From an uncultured Solirubrobacteraceae bacterium (GTDB lineage Bacteria; Actinomycetota; Thermoleophilia; Solirubrobacterales; Solirubrobacteraceae): a DNA stretch of 64,000 nucleotides. The stretch spans positions 1,589,209-1,653,208 of the forward strand of contig OY970059.1 in assembly GCA_963705235.1 (NCBI GenBank), in the 5' to 3' direction. The first letter of the stretch is position 1, and the number at the start of each line of letters is the position of its first letter. Of this stretch, positions 45,109 to 53,046 are shown one piece after another. The notes beneath the pieces are model-generated. The model was not told the DNA's origin. It searched no databases and was given only the letters and a program-made list of their open reading frames with translations. Position numbers and translations under genes: made by a program.

Positions 45109-47112
45109 TCAAGGCGCACCTTTGACTTGCTCGACCTCGGTCATCATCGCGACCGCTGGGCCACGGGGCTGGTTCAGGTCGGCTGCCGCATACGCCGCAC
45201 GCCAGTCGTCGCCTTCCCGGCGAATCACCTCGGCGGTGTCCTGGGTTGCCCAATCGTCGCTCGCACCCGCCTCGCCTGGGATTGGCTCAGGTGCCGCCGG
45301 TCCCGACTCGCCCGTCGTCGCGGAACGCTGCGCACGCGCGGCTGGCACGACATTCTCCGGCTCGACCCCATCGGCGTAGGCGCTCGCCATCGCCGTGCTG
45401 AGGAGCCCCTCACCCGGTGCAGGCGCAGGCACGGGAGCAGCCGTGGGTGCAAGTGCAGGAGCGGGTGCGGACGCAGGAGCGGGTGCCGGCACAGGCGCGG
45501 ATGCGAAGGTGCTCGGGGGCGAAGCGACCGAGTAGCGGAACTGCCCGCTCTCGTCGGTCACCCAGAATGCCTCGCCGTCCTCGGTCACCTCGTGCAGGAT
45601 CGAGCGGTCGTAGCGTTCGGCGATCCCGACCAGCGCCTCCATGTCGGCCACGTCGATCACCGCCACGCCGGGCTCCTGCCACACGCGCGCGACCGGAACG
45701 ATCAGACGGGCGTAACGCGATTGGATCGCCGCGGTCTCGTCGCGGCGGCGCGGGCGGACGAGCACCAGGATCACGGCCAGCGCGCACGCGATCAGGACGA
45801 TCCCCGCGAGCGCAATCGCACGCGCGGTCGCGACCGACACGCGGGCCGGCCCTATCGACACGTACAGCGGCTGGTAGCGGCGCCCGCTGGCTGAGCCGGA
45901 GGTGGTGGTGGCGAACTGACTCGGCGGCGGCTTGCCTTCGAGGCTCGCCGAGGATGCGCCGGTCGAGCTGTCGCTCGCCGACACCGCAGGCTGCACCTCG
46001 AGCTGATTGACGGTGAAGCGGATCGGCGGTGAGAACGTGGTGTGCAGTGCCAGTCCGCCGAGCGTGCCGGTCGCGCTGACGTGCGGCATGACCGTGAGCG
46101 TGTAGGAACTGCGCACCGCGGTGCTGGCTTCCACGCGGTGGATCAGCGCCAGCATCGAGGACAGGTCCAGCGTGCCGGTGACGAGCGCGTGATTGCCGCG
46201 GAAGTATGTGACATGCCCGAGCGGGAGCGTCGCGTGCCAGCCGCTCGTCGATCCCACCAGCGCCGACAGCCACGCCTTGCCGGCGATCGCATGCTGCGCG
46301 TCGGTGTGGAACCCGTAGCCGAAGCGCAGGTTGACCTTGTCCACGACGTGTGTGAATAGCGGGTCGCCGGTGACGGCCTGGCCGCTCGGGTAGGCCGGCC
46401 CCGGGTCGGCGTTGGCGGTGTATGAGAGTGCGCCGCTCTGCCGGTAGGGGATGCTCGCCGGCAGCGGCGCGCTCGACGCGCGTGTGAACGCCAGCAGCGC
46501 GAGCGCTACGAACGGCAGCATCGCCACCAGGCCGACCGCCAGCACGCCGACCATCTGCTCGGAGGGTCCCCCGAACGACGACGTGAGCGCGCCCTGGGAC
46601 TCCGCGGCGCGCCGCTGGCGGCGGCGACGGCGATGCCTGCGCGCAAACGCTGCCCCCGCGAACAGGAGCGTGCCGAGCGCCACGAGCATGCCCACCAGGG
46701 CCGGCGAGCGAATCGACTGCAGGCGCCCACCGGCGGCGGGCACGTGCAGCCACAGGGCGCCGATCAGCTGGCTGCCGGCCGGATGCTCGAAGTCGACGAA
46801 GTTGTTGTGATCGCCCTTGAACACGTAGCGGTCGCCGCTGCGGCCGATGATCCGGTGCAGGACGATCGTGTGGAAGACCTTGCTGTGGTAGGCGACGATC
46901 TCGCCCACGTGGTAGCTGCCCTGGCTACGTACCAGCGCCAGGTCACCTGAGTGAAAGCGCGGCTCCATGCTGACCCCGTCGGTCACCACGTAGGTGGCGG
47001 AGCCGCCGAGCCCGGTCGGAGCGAAGAAGAGCCATAGGCACGCTAGCGCGATCAGCGCTAGACCGCTTGAAACGAGCTTCGTGGTGTGACGAGTTCGTCG
47101 CATGGCGGCCAC
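45109..47112 (-). CDS. SipW/ER-type signal peptidase I fused to a membrane-bound DUF5305-like domain
   Basis: GVSMEPRFHSGDL (Ser), IVLHRII (His), VFKGDHNNFVD; further TMs, extracellular beta domain, LIVPV motif, PA-repeat tail. Confidence 0.82.
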   Translation of the reverse strand: MAAMRRTRHTTKLVSSGLALIALACLWLFFAPTGLGGSATYVVTDGVSMEPRFHSGDLALVRSQGSYHVGEIVAYHSKVFHTIVLHRIIGRSGDRYVFKGDHNNFVDFEHPAGSQLIGALWLHVPAAGGRLQSIRSPALVGMLVALGTLLFAGAAFARRHRRRRRQRRAAESQGALTSSFGGPSEQMVGVLAVGLVAMLPFVALALLAFTRASSAPLPASIPYRQSGALSYTANADPGPAYPSGQAVTGDPLFTHVVDKVNLRFGYGFHTDAQHAIAGKAWLSALVGSTSGWHATLPLGHVTYFRGNHALVTGTLDLSSMLALIHRVEASTAVRSSYTLTVMPHVSATGTLGGLALHTTFSPPIRFTVNQLEVQPAVSASDSSTGASSASLEGKPPPSQFATTTSGSASGRRYQPLYVSIGPARVSVATARAIALAGIVLIACALAVILVLVRPRRRDETAAIQSRYARLIVPVARVWQEPGVAVIDVADMEALVGIAERYDRSILHEVTEDGEAFWVTDESGQFRYSVASPPSTFASAPVPAPAPASAPAPALAPTAAPVPAPAPGEGLLSTAMASAYADGVEPENVVPAARAQRSATTGESGPAAPEPIPGEAGASDDWATQDTAEVIRREGDDWRAAYAAADLNQPRGPAVAMMTEVEQVKGAP

Positions 47113-47162
47113 ATGGGAGGGGGCGGCCTCGCGGGCCGCCCCCGTTTCCCAAGCTGGTGTGA

Positions 47163-47600
47163 CTATTCGATGGTGACCGTGCCGCTGCTCACTGCAGCCA
47201 CGGACAGCTTCAGACCTTCCCCGTCAGGGACGGGTGATTTGAAGGTGCATTTGACCGCGTACGGCGCCGATCCTTCCGAAGCGCCGCAGTCGGCCCAGTT
47301 CGCCGTTTCCGGCGTGCCCGGCGTCAAGGCCACGGCCACGTCAGTCGCGGCCTTGTCCAGTTCAAACGTGACGCCGACCATCGTCAGCCCATCGCCGCTG
47401 AAGATGTAGTTGGCGGGAGATGAGACGGTGTAGCCGCTCACTTCCGCCGCACCTGCACCTGCTGAGTGGCTGGCGACCGTGTTGCTCGCGGTAAACGCAT
47501 AGGCGCCCACCCCGATCACAGCCGCAATGGCGAACGCCAAAGCGCCCGCCGCCTTGCGGTTGCGGCCCAACAGGCCGCGCTTGCCAGTAATTCCGAACAC
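47163..47600 (-). CDS. Small secreted TasA/CalY-like fibre subunit candidate with SipW-type signal peptide
   Basis: Long basic n-region, h-region, GAYA/FTASNTV cleavage pattern, Gly/Ala/Ser beta-rich body, two Cys. Confidence 0.65.
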   Translation of the reverse strand: MFGITGKRGLLGRNRKAAGALAFAIAAVIGVGAYAFTASNTVASHSAGAGAAEVSGYTVSSPANYIFSGDGLTMVGVTFELDKAATDVAVALTPGTPETANWADCGASEGSAPYAVKCTFKSPVPDGEGLKLSVAAVSSGTVTIE

Positions 47601-47733
47601 GTCAAGCCCCCTTTTTGGATTGTGGACACTTGCGTGTCCTCCCGGGGCAAATCGGAGCCGTCTTTATGAATCTTTACGTCTGCAGATCCAGTTGCACGAA
47701 TTTTCCATCGAGGCTGGTGGGCACGATCCGGCG

Positions 47734-48450
47734 TTAGCCGGTCGGCTGCTGGGCGGGCGAGCGCTTGACCTCGTGTGAGATGCGCCGTTGCAGGTTTGCG
47801 GCGAGCAGCTTTGCTCGGGCTAGGCTGATCCTCCCGTTGGCGACGGCCGTGGTGAGCGTCTCCTCCCGTTCGTGAACGATCGCCGCGATCAGCCCGGACG
47901 CCGACTTGCCGTTGCTGGCCTCGGCCAGTTGGGCTAGCGAATGCCCGTGCTGCTGTTCGCTGTGGACCCGTGCCACCGACATCCCCAGGTATTTCGCTGC
48001 GCCCGCCAGGTCCGCGTTGCCGCTGCTCACGTGGCGAACCCGACGCACCCAAGCCGCTACGCGCGCGTGTATCGCGGCCAAGCTGTCCGATTGGCTGGTA
48101 GTCGTGGCGCCGGCGCTCGGACCGGTCTGCGTGCGTGCCGCTTTCGCGCCCACGATCGCCGCGATCAGTCCCGCGGCCGACTTCCCGTTGGTGTGGTCGG
48201 CCACCGCTGCAAGCGTCCGGCGGGTCGAGAGCTGCTGGCGTATCTGGGTCGGCGTCAGGCTCAGGTAGCGCGCTGCCACCGCCATGTTGCCAGCCGGCTG
48301 CGTGTGCCCAGCCCCGGCCCGCCCCGCGCGTGGGCGCTGGCTGCTGTGGTCGCCGTCGCCGCCGACCGCGAGGATCGCGATCACGACTCCGATGACGACC
48401 GCCGCAACGGCTACAGCGATCATCGTCCTGCGGTTGACGTTCGGCTTCAT
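47734..48450 (-). CDS. Secreted/membrane-anchored protein with two helical repeats
   Basis: N-terminal TM; YLSLTP..TLAAVADHTNGKSAAGLIAAIV and YLGMSV..SLAQLAEASNGKSASGLIAAIV. Confidence 0.75.
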   Translation of the reverse strand: MKPNVNRRTMIAVAVAAVVIGVVIAILAVGGDGDHSSQRPRAGRAGAGHTQPAGNMAVAARYLSLTPTQIRQQLSTRRTLAAVADHTNGKSAAGLIAAIVGAKAARTQTGPSAGATTTSQSDSLAAIHARVAAWVRRVRHVSSGNADLAGAAKYLGMSVARVHSEQQHGHSLAQLAEASNGKSASGLIAAIVHEREETLTTAVANGRISLARAKLLAANLQRRISHEVKRSPAQQPTG

Positions 48451-48725
48451 CCCCTGGCTCCCACCGAAAAGCGTATCTACCAAGCTTGTCTCCAAGTGTA
48501 GTTTGGCGCTCGCGCATAAGCCGCCGCTAAGCTGGAATCGCGGCTCAGCCGGGCGTCTGAGTGGCGATTTGCTGTGCTAATCTCCCGGCTTCGTTGATGA
48601 GTGTCGCGCTGCGAGACGTGTACGCAGACGTATCCTGGCTGTCTGGCCAAAAAGACGCGTCCCGCCTGCGCTGCCGGTACCTCGCAACCGGGCGCTTCCT
48701 GCTGCTGTAATGGGACCGTCAATCG

Positions 48726-48734
48726 TGGTATTCT
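48726..48734 (+). promoter_or_regulatory. Extended -10 element upstream of the 48840 gene
   Basis: TG-G-TATTCT. Confidence 0.45.
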
Positions 48735-48839
48735 CGCGCCTCGACTCTCGGAGGGCGGCGGAGGGGTGCCCTGTGAACTCGCCGGTCGACGATGACGAGC
48801 TCAATCTAGCCTTCCAGGCGAAAGCGAGGACTTAGGAGA

Positions 48840-49658
48840 ATGAGGAGCACTAGGGTCAAACTAGGCGTTGTTGTCGCGGTGGTGTGCGCATTCGGTGCGC
48901 TGGCCGCGCCGGCGTTCGCGAAAATCGAAAAAGAACCAGTCGTGTTCGGCAAATTCATCGCGAGTCTTCCGGGGGGCACGATCTCCGAAGGTAGTCCGGC
49001 CAAGGCGACTGGCATCGGGGAACTCTCGGAAGCCAAGCTCGGCCCGCTCGAACTAAGCGAAGGCTGTGAAAAGGAACTCAAATCGGTGTCCAGCGTGACA
49101 TCGGAATCCTCGAACACGTTCGCAGCCGAGATCACCTTCAAGAAGTGCCCTGTCTACATGAACTGGGAAGGTGGCAGCAAAGAAAACAGGGTCAAGACCG
49201 AAACGAGCTTCAAGCTTGACATTACGTTCCACTCGAACGGCGCATTGGTGTTTGGCGAAGAAGGCGGGGAATTCGAAATCTCCAAAGCCACGCAGCCGAT
49301 CAAGATCAGGAAGAACTACTGCACCGGACTGGTCGTGATTCCGGCGCAGGTGATCCCGTTCCGGGCGGTGAAAAACCCCGAAGATGAATTCGAAGCCGCC
49401 AGCTACGGCACTGAACACGAAAGTGTGTCCGGCGGAAAGCTGAAAAAGTTCCCGAGCGGTTTCCAGGAAAAGCTCGACGTTGAATGGGAACTGAAAAAAA
49501 TCAAAGTCGAAGCAACTGAAACCGAACACTGCCAGTGGGGCGCCCAGCCCATCAACACTGAAACTGGTCGCAGGGAATGGAAAACCGGCACGATGGAAGC
49601 CGAACTGGAAGAAATTACGATTTCAGGTGGCAACATCGGCTTCGAACCGAAAAAATAG
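48840..49658 (+). CDS. Secreted Glu/Lys-rich beta protein with Cys pairs
   Basis: Signal peptide (VVVAVVCAFGALAAPAFA), AGGAG RBS, GAA/AAA-rich codons. Confidence 0.82.
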   Translation: MRSTRVKLGVVVAVVCAFGALAAPAFAKIEKEPVVFGKFIASLPGGTISEGSPAKATGIGELSEAKLGPLELSEGCEKELKSVSSVTSESSNTFAAEITFKKCPVYMNWEGGSKENRVKTETSFKLDITFHSNGALVFGEEGGEFEISKATQPIKIRKNYCTGLVVIPAQVIPFRAVKNPEDEFEAASYGTEHESVSGGKLKKFPSGFQEKLDVEWELKKIKVEATETEHCQWGAQPINTETGRREWKTGTMEAELEEITISGGNIGFEPKK

Positions 49659-49673
49659 GAACCTGAACGTGTG

Positions 49674-49756
49674 AGCCGGGCCCGTGCAGCGGGCTCGGCT
49701 TGACTACAAGGGCGGGGATAGACGCGGGCTGCGTCGGCTCCCCGCCCTTTGTTTTC
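49674..49756. terminator. Two tandem hairpins, the second with a T-tail, between convergent genes
   Basis: AGCCGGGCCCG..CGGGCTCGGCT and AAGGGCGGGGA..TCCCCGCCCTT-TGTTTTC. Confidence 0.7.
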
Positions 49757-49844
49757 TGAGTGTGGCTGGCGCGCTCCGCCCGGCAGCTGGCGGGATCAGG
49801 CTCCCGCGCCGGCCGGCGCCGGGCACGTCGTCGGTGCTCGGCCG

Positions 49845-50822
49845 TCAGCCGTCGGTGAACGCGGCGATCGGCACGCCATGGTCGCGCTCGCGCATACCCA
49901 GCTCGTAGGCGACGCCGTGGTCGCTGCGCAGGTCCACCGGCGCCGAGCCGTCGGCGTGAACGACGCTCAGATCGAGCGAGGCGACCGAGCAGTTGACGAC
50001 ATCGTGGAGCCCGCCGTCGGGGTCCGCATAACGCCAGCCGGCCGCCGACTCGCCAGGTACCTCGACGGCCGCGTGCAAGCTCAACCCGTCTTCCCCGGCC
50101 AATCGCAGTGAGCAGCCGGTGGCGCTCTCGTCCACCGAGGTCCCGCGCGCGCCAAGGCCGCCGATTCGCCAGCGCCGCCCGCCCACCGAGAGAGCGCCGT
50201 TGGCCACCCACGGCGTCAGGCGCCCCGCCAGCTTGATGCGCCCCAGCGCGACGTCCAGCCACGCATCGGGCGCGTCGTGGAAGTCGACTCCATGCAGCCA
50301 GATCCAGCGCTCGGCGTGCTCGGCGCCCCAGTTGTGCCCGACCATCCCGTGCCAGTCCTCCAGCATCAGCGGCTCCCGTCCGACCAGTTCGAGGACGCCG
50401 CTGAAGCGCGCCGCGGGTGCGGGGCTGGTGAGCTTGGTGCGCGGCAGCGGCAGCCGGTAGAGCCAGTGCGGCGAGAGGTGCAGCAGCTCGGGCTCGTTGG
50501 AGTCAAAGCGCAGCGACCAGCTGGCCTGCCCGCAGCGGCCCTCGGCGCGGCCGGGTCCCATCGTGCTCTCGCCGACTCGGATCCAGTCGCCGCCAGGCGC
50601 GGACAGCTCGTCGGTGCTCAGCTTGTGCATGTACGGGCGCCCGCGCGAGGCGTCGAACACGGTGCACCACACCGACCCCTGCGGCCGCTCGCCGGGCGCC
50701 TTATGGACGGTGTGGCGCAGCCACACGCCGACCGGCTCGGTCGGCGAGACCGCCCGCAGGTAGAACGACTCGTACATGCCCGTGCGCGCTCGCGCGCTGG
50801 GGAAGATCGCGTGTGCGGCCAT
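49845..50822 (-). CDS. Trp-rich hypothetical protein, tocopherol-cyclase/AttH-like fold suspected
   Basis: YESFYLRA, GVWLRHT, ASWSLRF, GMVGHNWGAEHAERWIWLHG. Confidence 0.6.
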   Translation of the reverse strand: MAAHAIFPSARARTGMYESFYLRAVSPTEPVGVWLRHTVHKAPGERPQGSVWCTVFDASRGRPYMHKLSTDELSAPGGDWIRVGESTMGPGRAEGRCGQASWSLRFDSNEPELLHLSPHWLYRLPLPRTKLTSPAPAARFSGVLELVGREPLMLEDWHGMVGHNWGAEHAERWIWLHGVDFHDAPDAWLDVALGRIKLAGRLTPWVANGALSVGGRRWRIGGLGARGTSVDESATGCSLRLAGEDGLSLHAAVEVPGESAAGWRYADPDGGLHDVVNCSVASLDLSVVHADGSAPVDLRSDHGVAYELGMRERDHGVPIAAFTDG

Positions 50823-50866
50823 GACCGCGATCCTAACCCGCCGTGGAGCCTGGAAGGATGCCCGCG

Positions 50867-51895
50867 ATGGATCGCCAGCCACTCGTCCAGCTGCCCGCAC
50901 AGCTGACCGTTGCGCAGCCGCGCGCGGACGTCCGCTTCGTGCTCGGTGTTGACGGCGGCGCGACCAAGACGCTCGCGGCCGTGCTCGACCTGCAGACGCG
51001 CTCGCTGCACCTCGGACACGGCGGTCCCAGCAACGAGGACGCGGTCGGCGCTGATGCCGCCGTGCAGGCGCTGTTGGGTGCATCTGATGAGGCGATCGAA
51101 CGCGCCGGCGTCGGCCCCTCGCAGCTCGGTGGCGCCGTGCTAGCGGTCGCCGGCACCGACACCGCGTCCATCAGTGCGCACGTGCGCCGCGCGCGCACGG
51201 ACGGATGGATCGTGGTCAACGACGTGGTCGCCGCTTGGGCGAGCGCGACCGGCGGTGGCCCGGGTGTGGCCGTGATCGCCGGCACCGGCTCGAACGTGTT
51301 CGGCGTCGGTCCCGACGGGCAAGCGTGGCGCGCCGGTGGCTGGGGGCATCTGCTCGGCGACGAGGGCTCGGGCTACTGGCTGGGCTTGCATTCGATCAAG
51401 GCCGCGCTGCGCGACCGCGAGGGCTCGGGGCCGGCGACCGCGCTGAGCGAGGCTGCTCCGGCGTTCTTCGCGCAGTCCACCGTGGAGGCGCTCGCCGCGC
51501 ACGTATACGCCAAGCCGCTGACGAAGGGCGAGATCGCCGCGTTCGGCATCGAGACGGCCAAGCTAGCCGACGATGGCGATGCGGTCGCGCGTGAGCTGTA
51601 CGAGCACGGTGCGCGCGAGCTCGGCGAGCAGATCGCCGCGGTGATCGATCGCACCGGTCTACGCGATGAGTTTCCCGTGGGCCTGATCGGCAGCGCGTTC
51701 AAGGCCGGCGCCGTGTACGTCGATCCGCTCCTGCGAGTCATCCACGCGTGCGCCCCGGCGGCGCAGGTACAGCCGGTGCGGATGGCTCCGGTCGGCGGCA
51801 GCCTGCTGCTCGCCGCGCGCGTGTGCGGACACGACCAGGACGTGGCCGGGATGGATCTGGCGCGGCTGCTCGAGGACGCCGCAGGGCAGCAGTAG
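50867..51895 (+). CDS. BadF/BadG/BcrA/BcrD ATPase family kinase (GlcNAc kinase-like)
   Basis: LGVDGGATKT, VVNDV, VIAGTGS, GGWGHLLGDEGSGYWLG. Confidence 0.9.
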   Translation: MDRQPLVQLPAQLTVAQPRADVRFVLGVDGGATKTLAAVLDLQTRSLHLGHGGPSNEDAVGADAAVQALLGASDEAIERAGVGPSQLGGAVLAVAGTDTASISAHVRRARTDGWIVVNDVVAAWASATGGGPGVAVIAGTGSNVFGVGPDGQAWRAGGWGHLLGDEGSGYWLGLHSIKAALRDREGSGPATALSEAAPAFFAQSTVEALAAHVYAKPLTKGEIAAFGIETAKLADDGDAVARELYEHGARELGEQIAAVIDRTGLRDEFPVGLIGSAFKAGAVYVDPLLRVIHACAPAAQVQPVRMAPVGGSLLLAARVCGHDQDVAGMDLARLLEDAAGQQ

Positions 51896-51913
51896 CTGTT
51901 CCTGGGCGCGTTG

Positions 51914-52570
51914 CTACGCGCCAGCGGCCACCGGGCGGCGGGCTCTCAGGTTCACCTGCCAGTTGGCCAGCTGAAGCAAGAGCAGGATGGTGCCCAAGGC
52001 GATCATCAGATAGCCGGCCAGCGTGGCGATCGTGCCGACGAGCGACCATCCCCATGCGTTGAGCAGGAGGCCGCGCAGGGTCTCGCCTTGAAACAGCGTC
52101 GCCTTCTCTTCGGCCAGCTTGGCGTTTGTCGGCGCGGCCAGCGCGGCGGTGCTGACCTGGGCGTAGGTCTGGCCAGCGGCGATCTTGGAGAGATGCACGT
52201 TGATGAAGTTGTTCGCGTACGCCTTGGCTTGCGCGCCGTTCACGAGCCGCTGGCCTGCGTACTGCTTTATGCCTGGGAGCAGTGCCGGACTGCCGGCGGC
52301 CGGGAAGAAGATCTTCTGCGGCACGAGTTGATCGTGTACGACCTGCTTGTCGTAGCTGCCTCCCACCACAGCGAGGATGCCGACGACGATGATGCCCGCG
52401 GCGGCGACGGCGGCGATCGAGGTCAGGCCGGTGATCCTCGCCAGCACGCCGTTGCGTGGCGCGTGCTCGGCCTGGTGGCCTGCGCTGGATACGGGACCGG
52501 CGACAGCAGTGGGAGTTACGCCGTTGCCGGTAGGTCCGGCGGGCGGATTCTGGATGACTGAACTGGGCAC
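51914..52570 (-). CDS. Conserved actinobacterial membrane protein
   Basis: TM, QLVPQKIFFP, AKAYANNFINVHL, TYAQ, TLFQGETLRGLLLNAWGW, TM. Confidence 0.75.
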   Translation of the reverse strand: MPSSVIQNPPAGPTGNGVTPTAVAGPVSSAGHQAEHAPRNGVLARITGLTSIAAVAAAGIIVVGILAVVGGSYDKQVVHDQLVPQKIFFPAAGSPALLPGIKQYAGQRLVNGAQAKAYANNFINVHLSKIAAGQTYAQVSTAALAAPTNAKLAEEKATLFQGETLRGLLLNAWGWSLVGTIATLAGYLMIALGTILLLLQLANWQVNLRARRPVAAGA

Positions 52571-52693
52571 GGTGAACCCTCGTTTCGGTAGGTGCGCATG
52601 AGCGCCAGCGACCGAGCAGCACCGCGGACCTGAATAGCATAGCATGAAGTAGGTTTCTAGGAATCTGAATCTAGATATGATATTCTTGGCAGT

Positions 52694-53044
52694 ATGGTTG
52701 AGGATGCCACTCCGCGCTGGAAGTTCTTGACGAACCACGCACACGTCCTCGTTTGTATCGCCCACGATCCTGGGGTGCGTCTGCGGGAGATCAGCGAGCG
52801 AGTCGGAATCACCGAACGCGCCGCCCACCGGATCGTCACCGAGCTCGCGGCCGGCGGTTACATCGAGCGGGAACGCAACGGACGGCGCAACCGCTACACG
52901 ATCCAATCCGGCGCTGCGCTTCCCGACCGCCTCGGCCGCATCGAGCGCATCGGCGACCTGCTCTCGATTCTCGCCACCACAAACGGCGAGACTCCCGATT
53001 CGACGGTCGCGCCAGCAGTGCTGAGCGGCGGGACCGGTCGGTAG
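52694..53044 (+). CDS. Winged-HTH regulator (MarR/ArsR-like)
   Basis: WKFLTNHAHVL..DPGVRLREI..VGITERAAHRIV..GRRNRY. Confidence 0.85.
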   Translation: MVEDATPRWKFLTNHAHVLVCIAHDPGVRLREISERVGITERAAHRIVTELAAGGYIERERNGRRNRYTIQSGAALPDRLGRIERIGDLLSILATTNGETPDSTVAPAVLSGGTGR

Positions 53045-53046
53045 CC

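Noticed and set aside
45410-45510. Repetitive GCAGGAGCGGGT-like tract as a DNA repeat element
   Set aside because: Explained by the Pro-Ala linker codons of the SipW fusion
47640-47720. c-di-GMP-I riboswitch upstream of the pilin candidate
   Set aside because: Only fragments (GGAAAA, GACGTAAAG) resemble the consensus; the P2 GAAA stem and P1 pairing could not be built
48745-48800. Canonical SAM-I/SAM-IV riboswitch
   Set aside because: Missing AUC and GCAAC ligand-binding elements, and the downstream gene is unrelated to sulfur metabolism; kept only as an unknown structured leader
51914-52570. Ring-opening dioxygenase label sometimes attached to this membrane-protein type
   Set aside because: No metal-binding dioxygenase motifs; the sequence is a two-TM membrane protein
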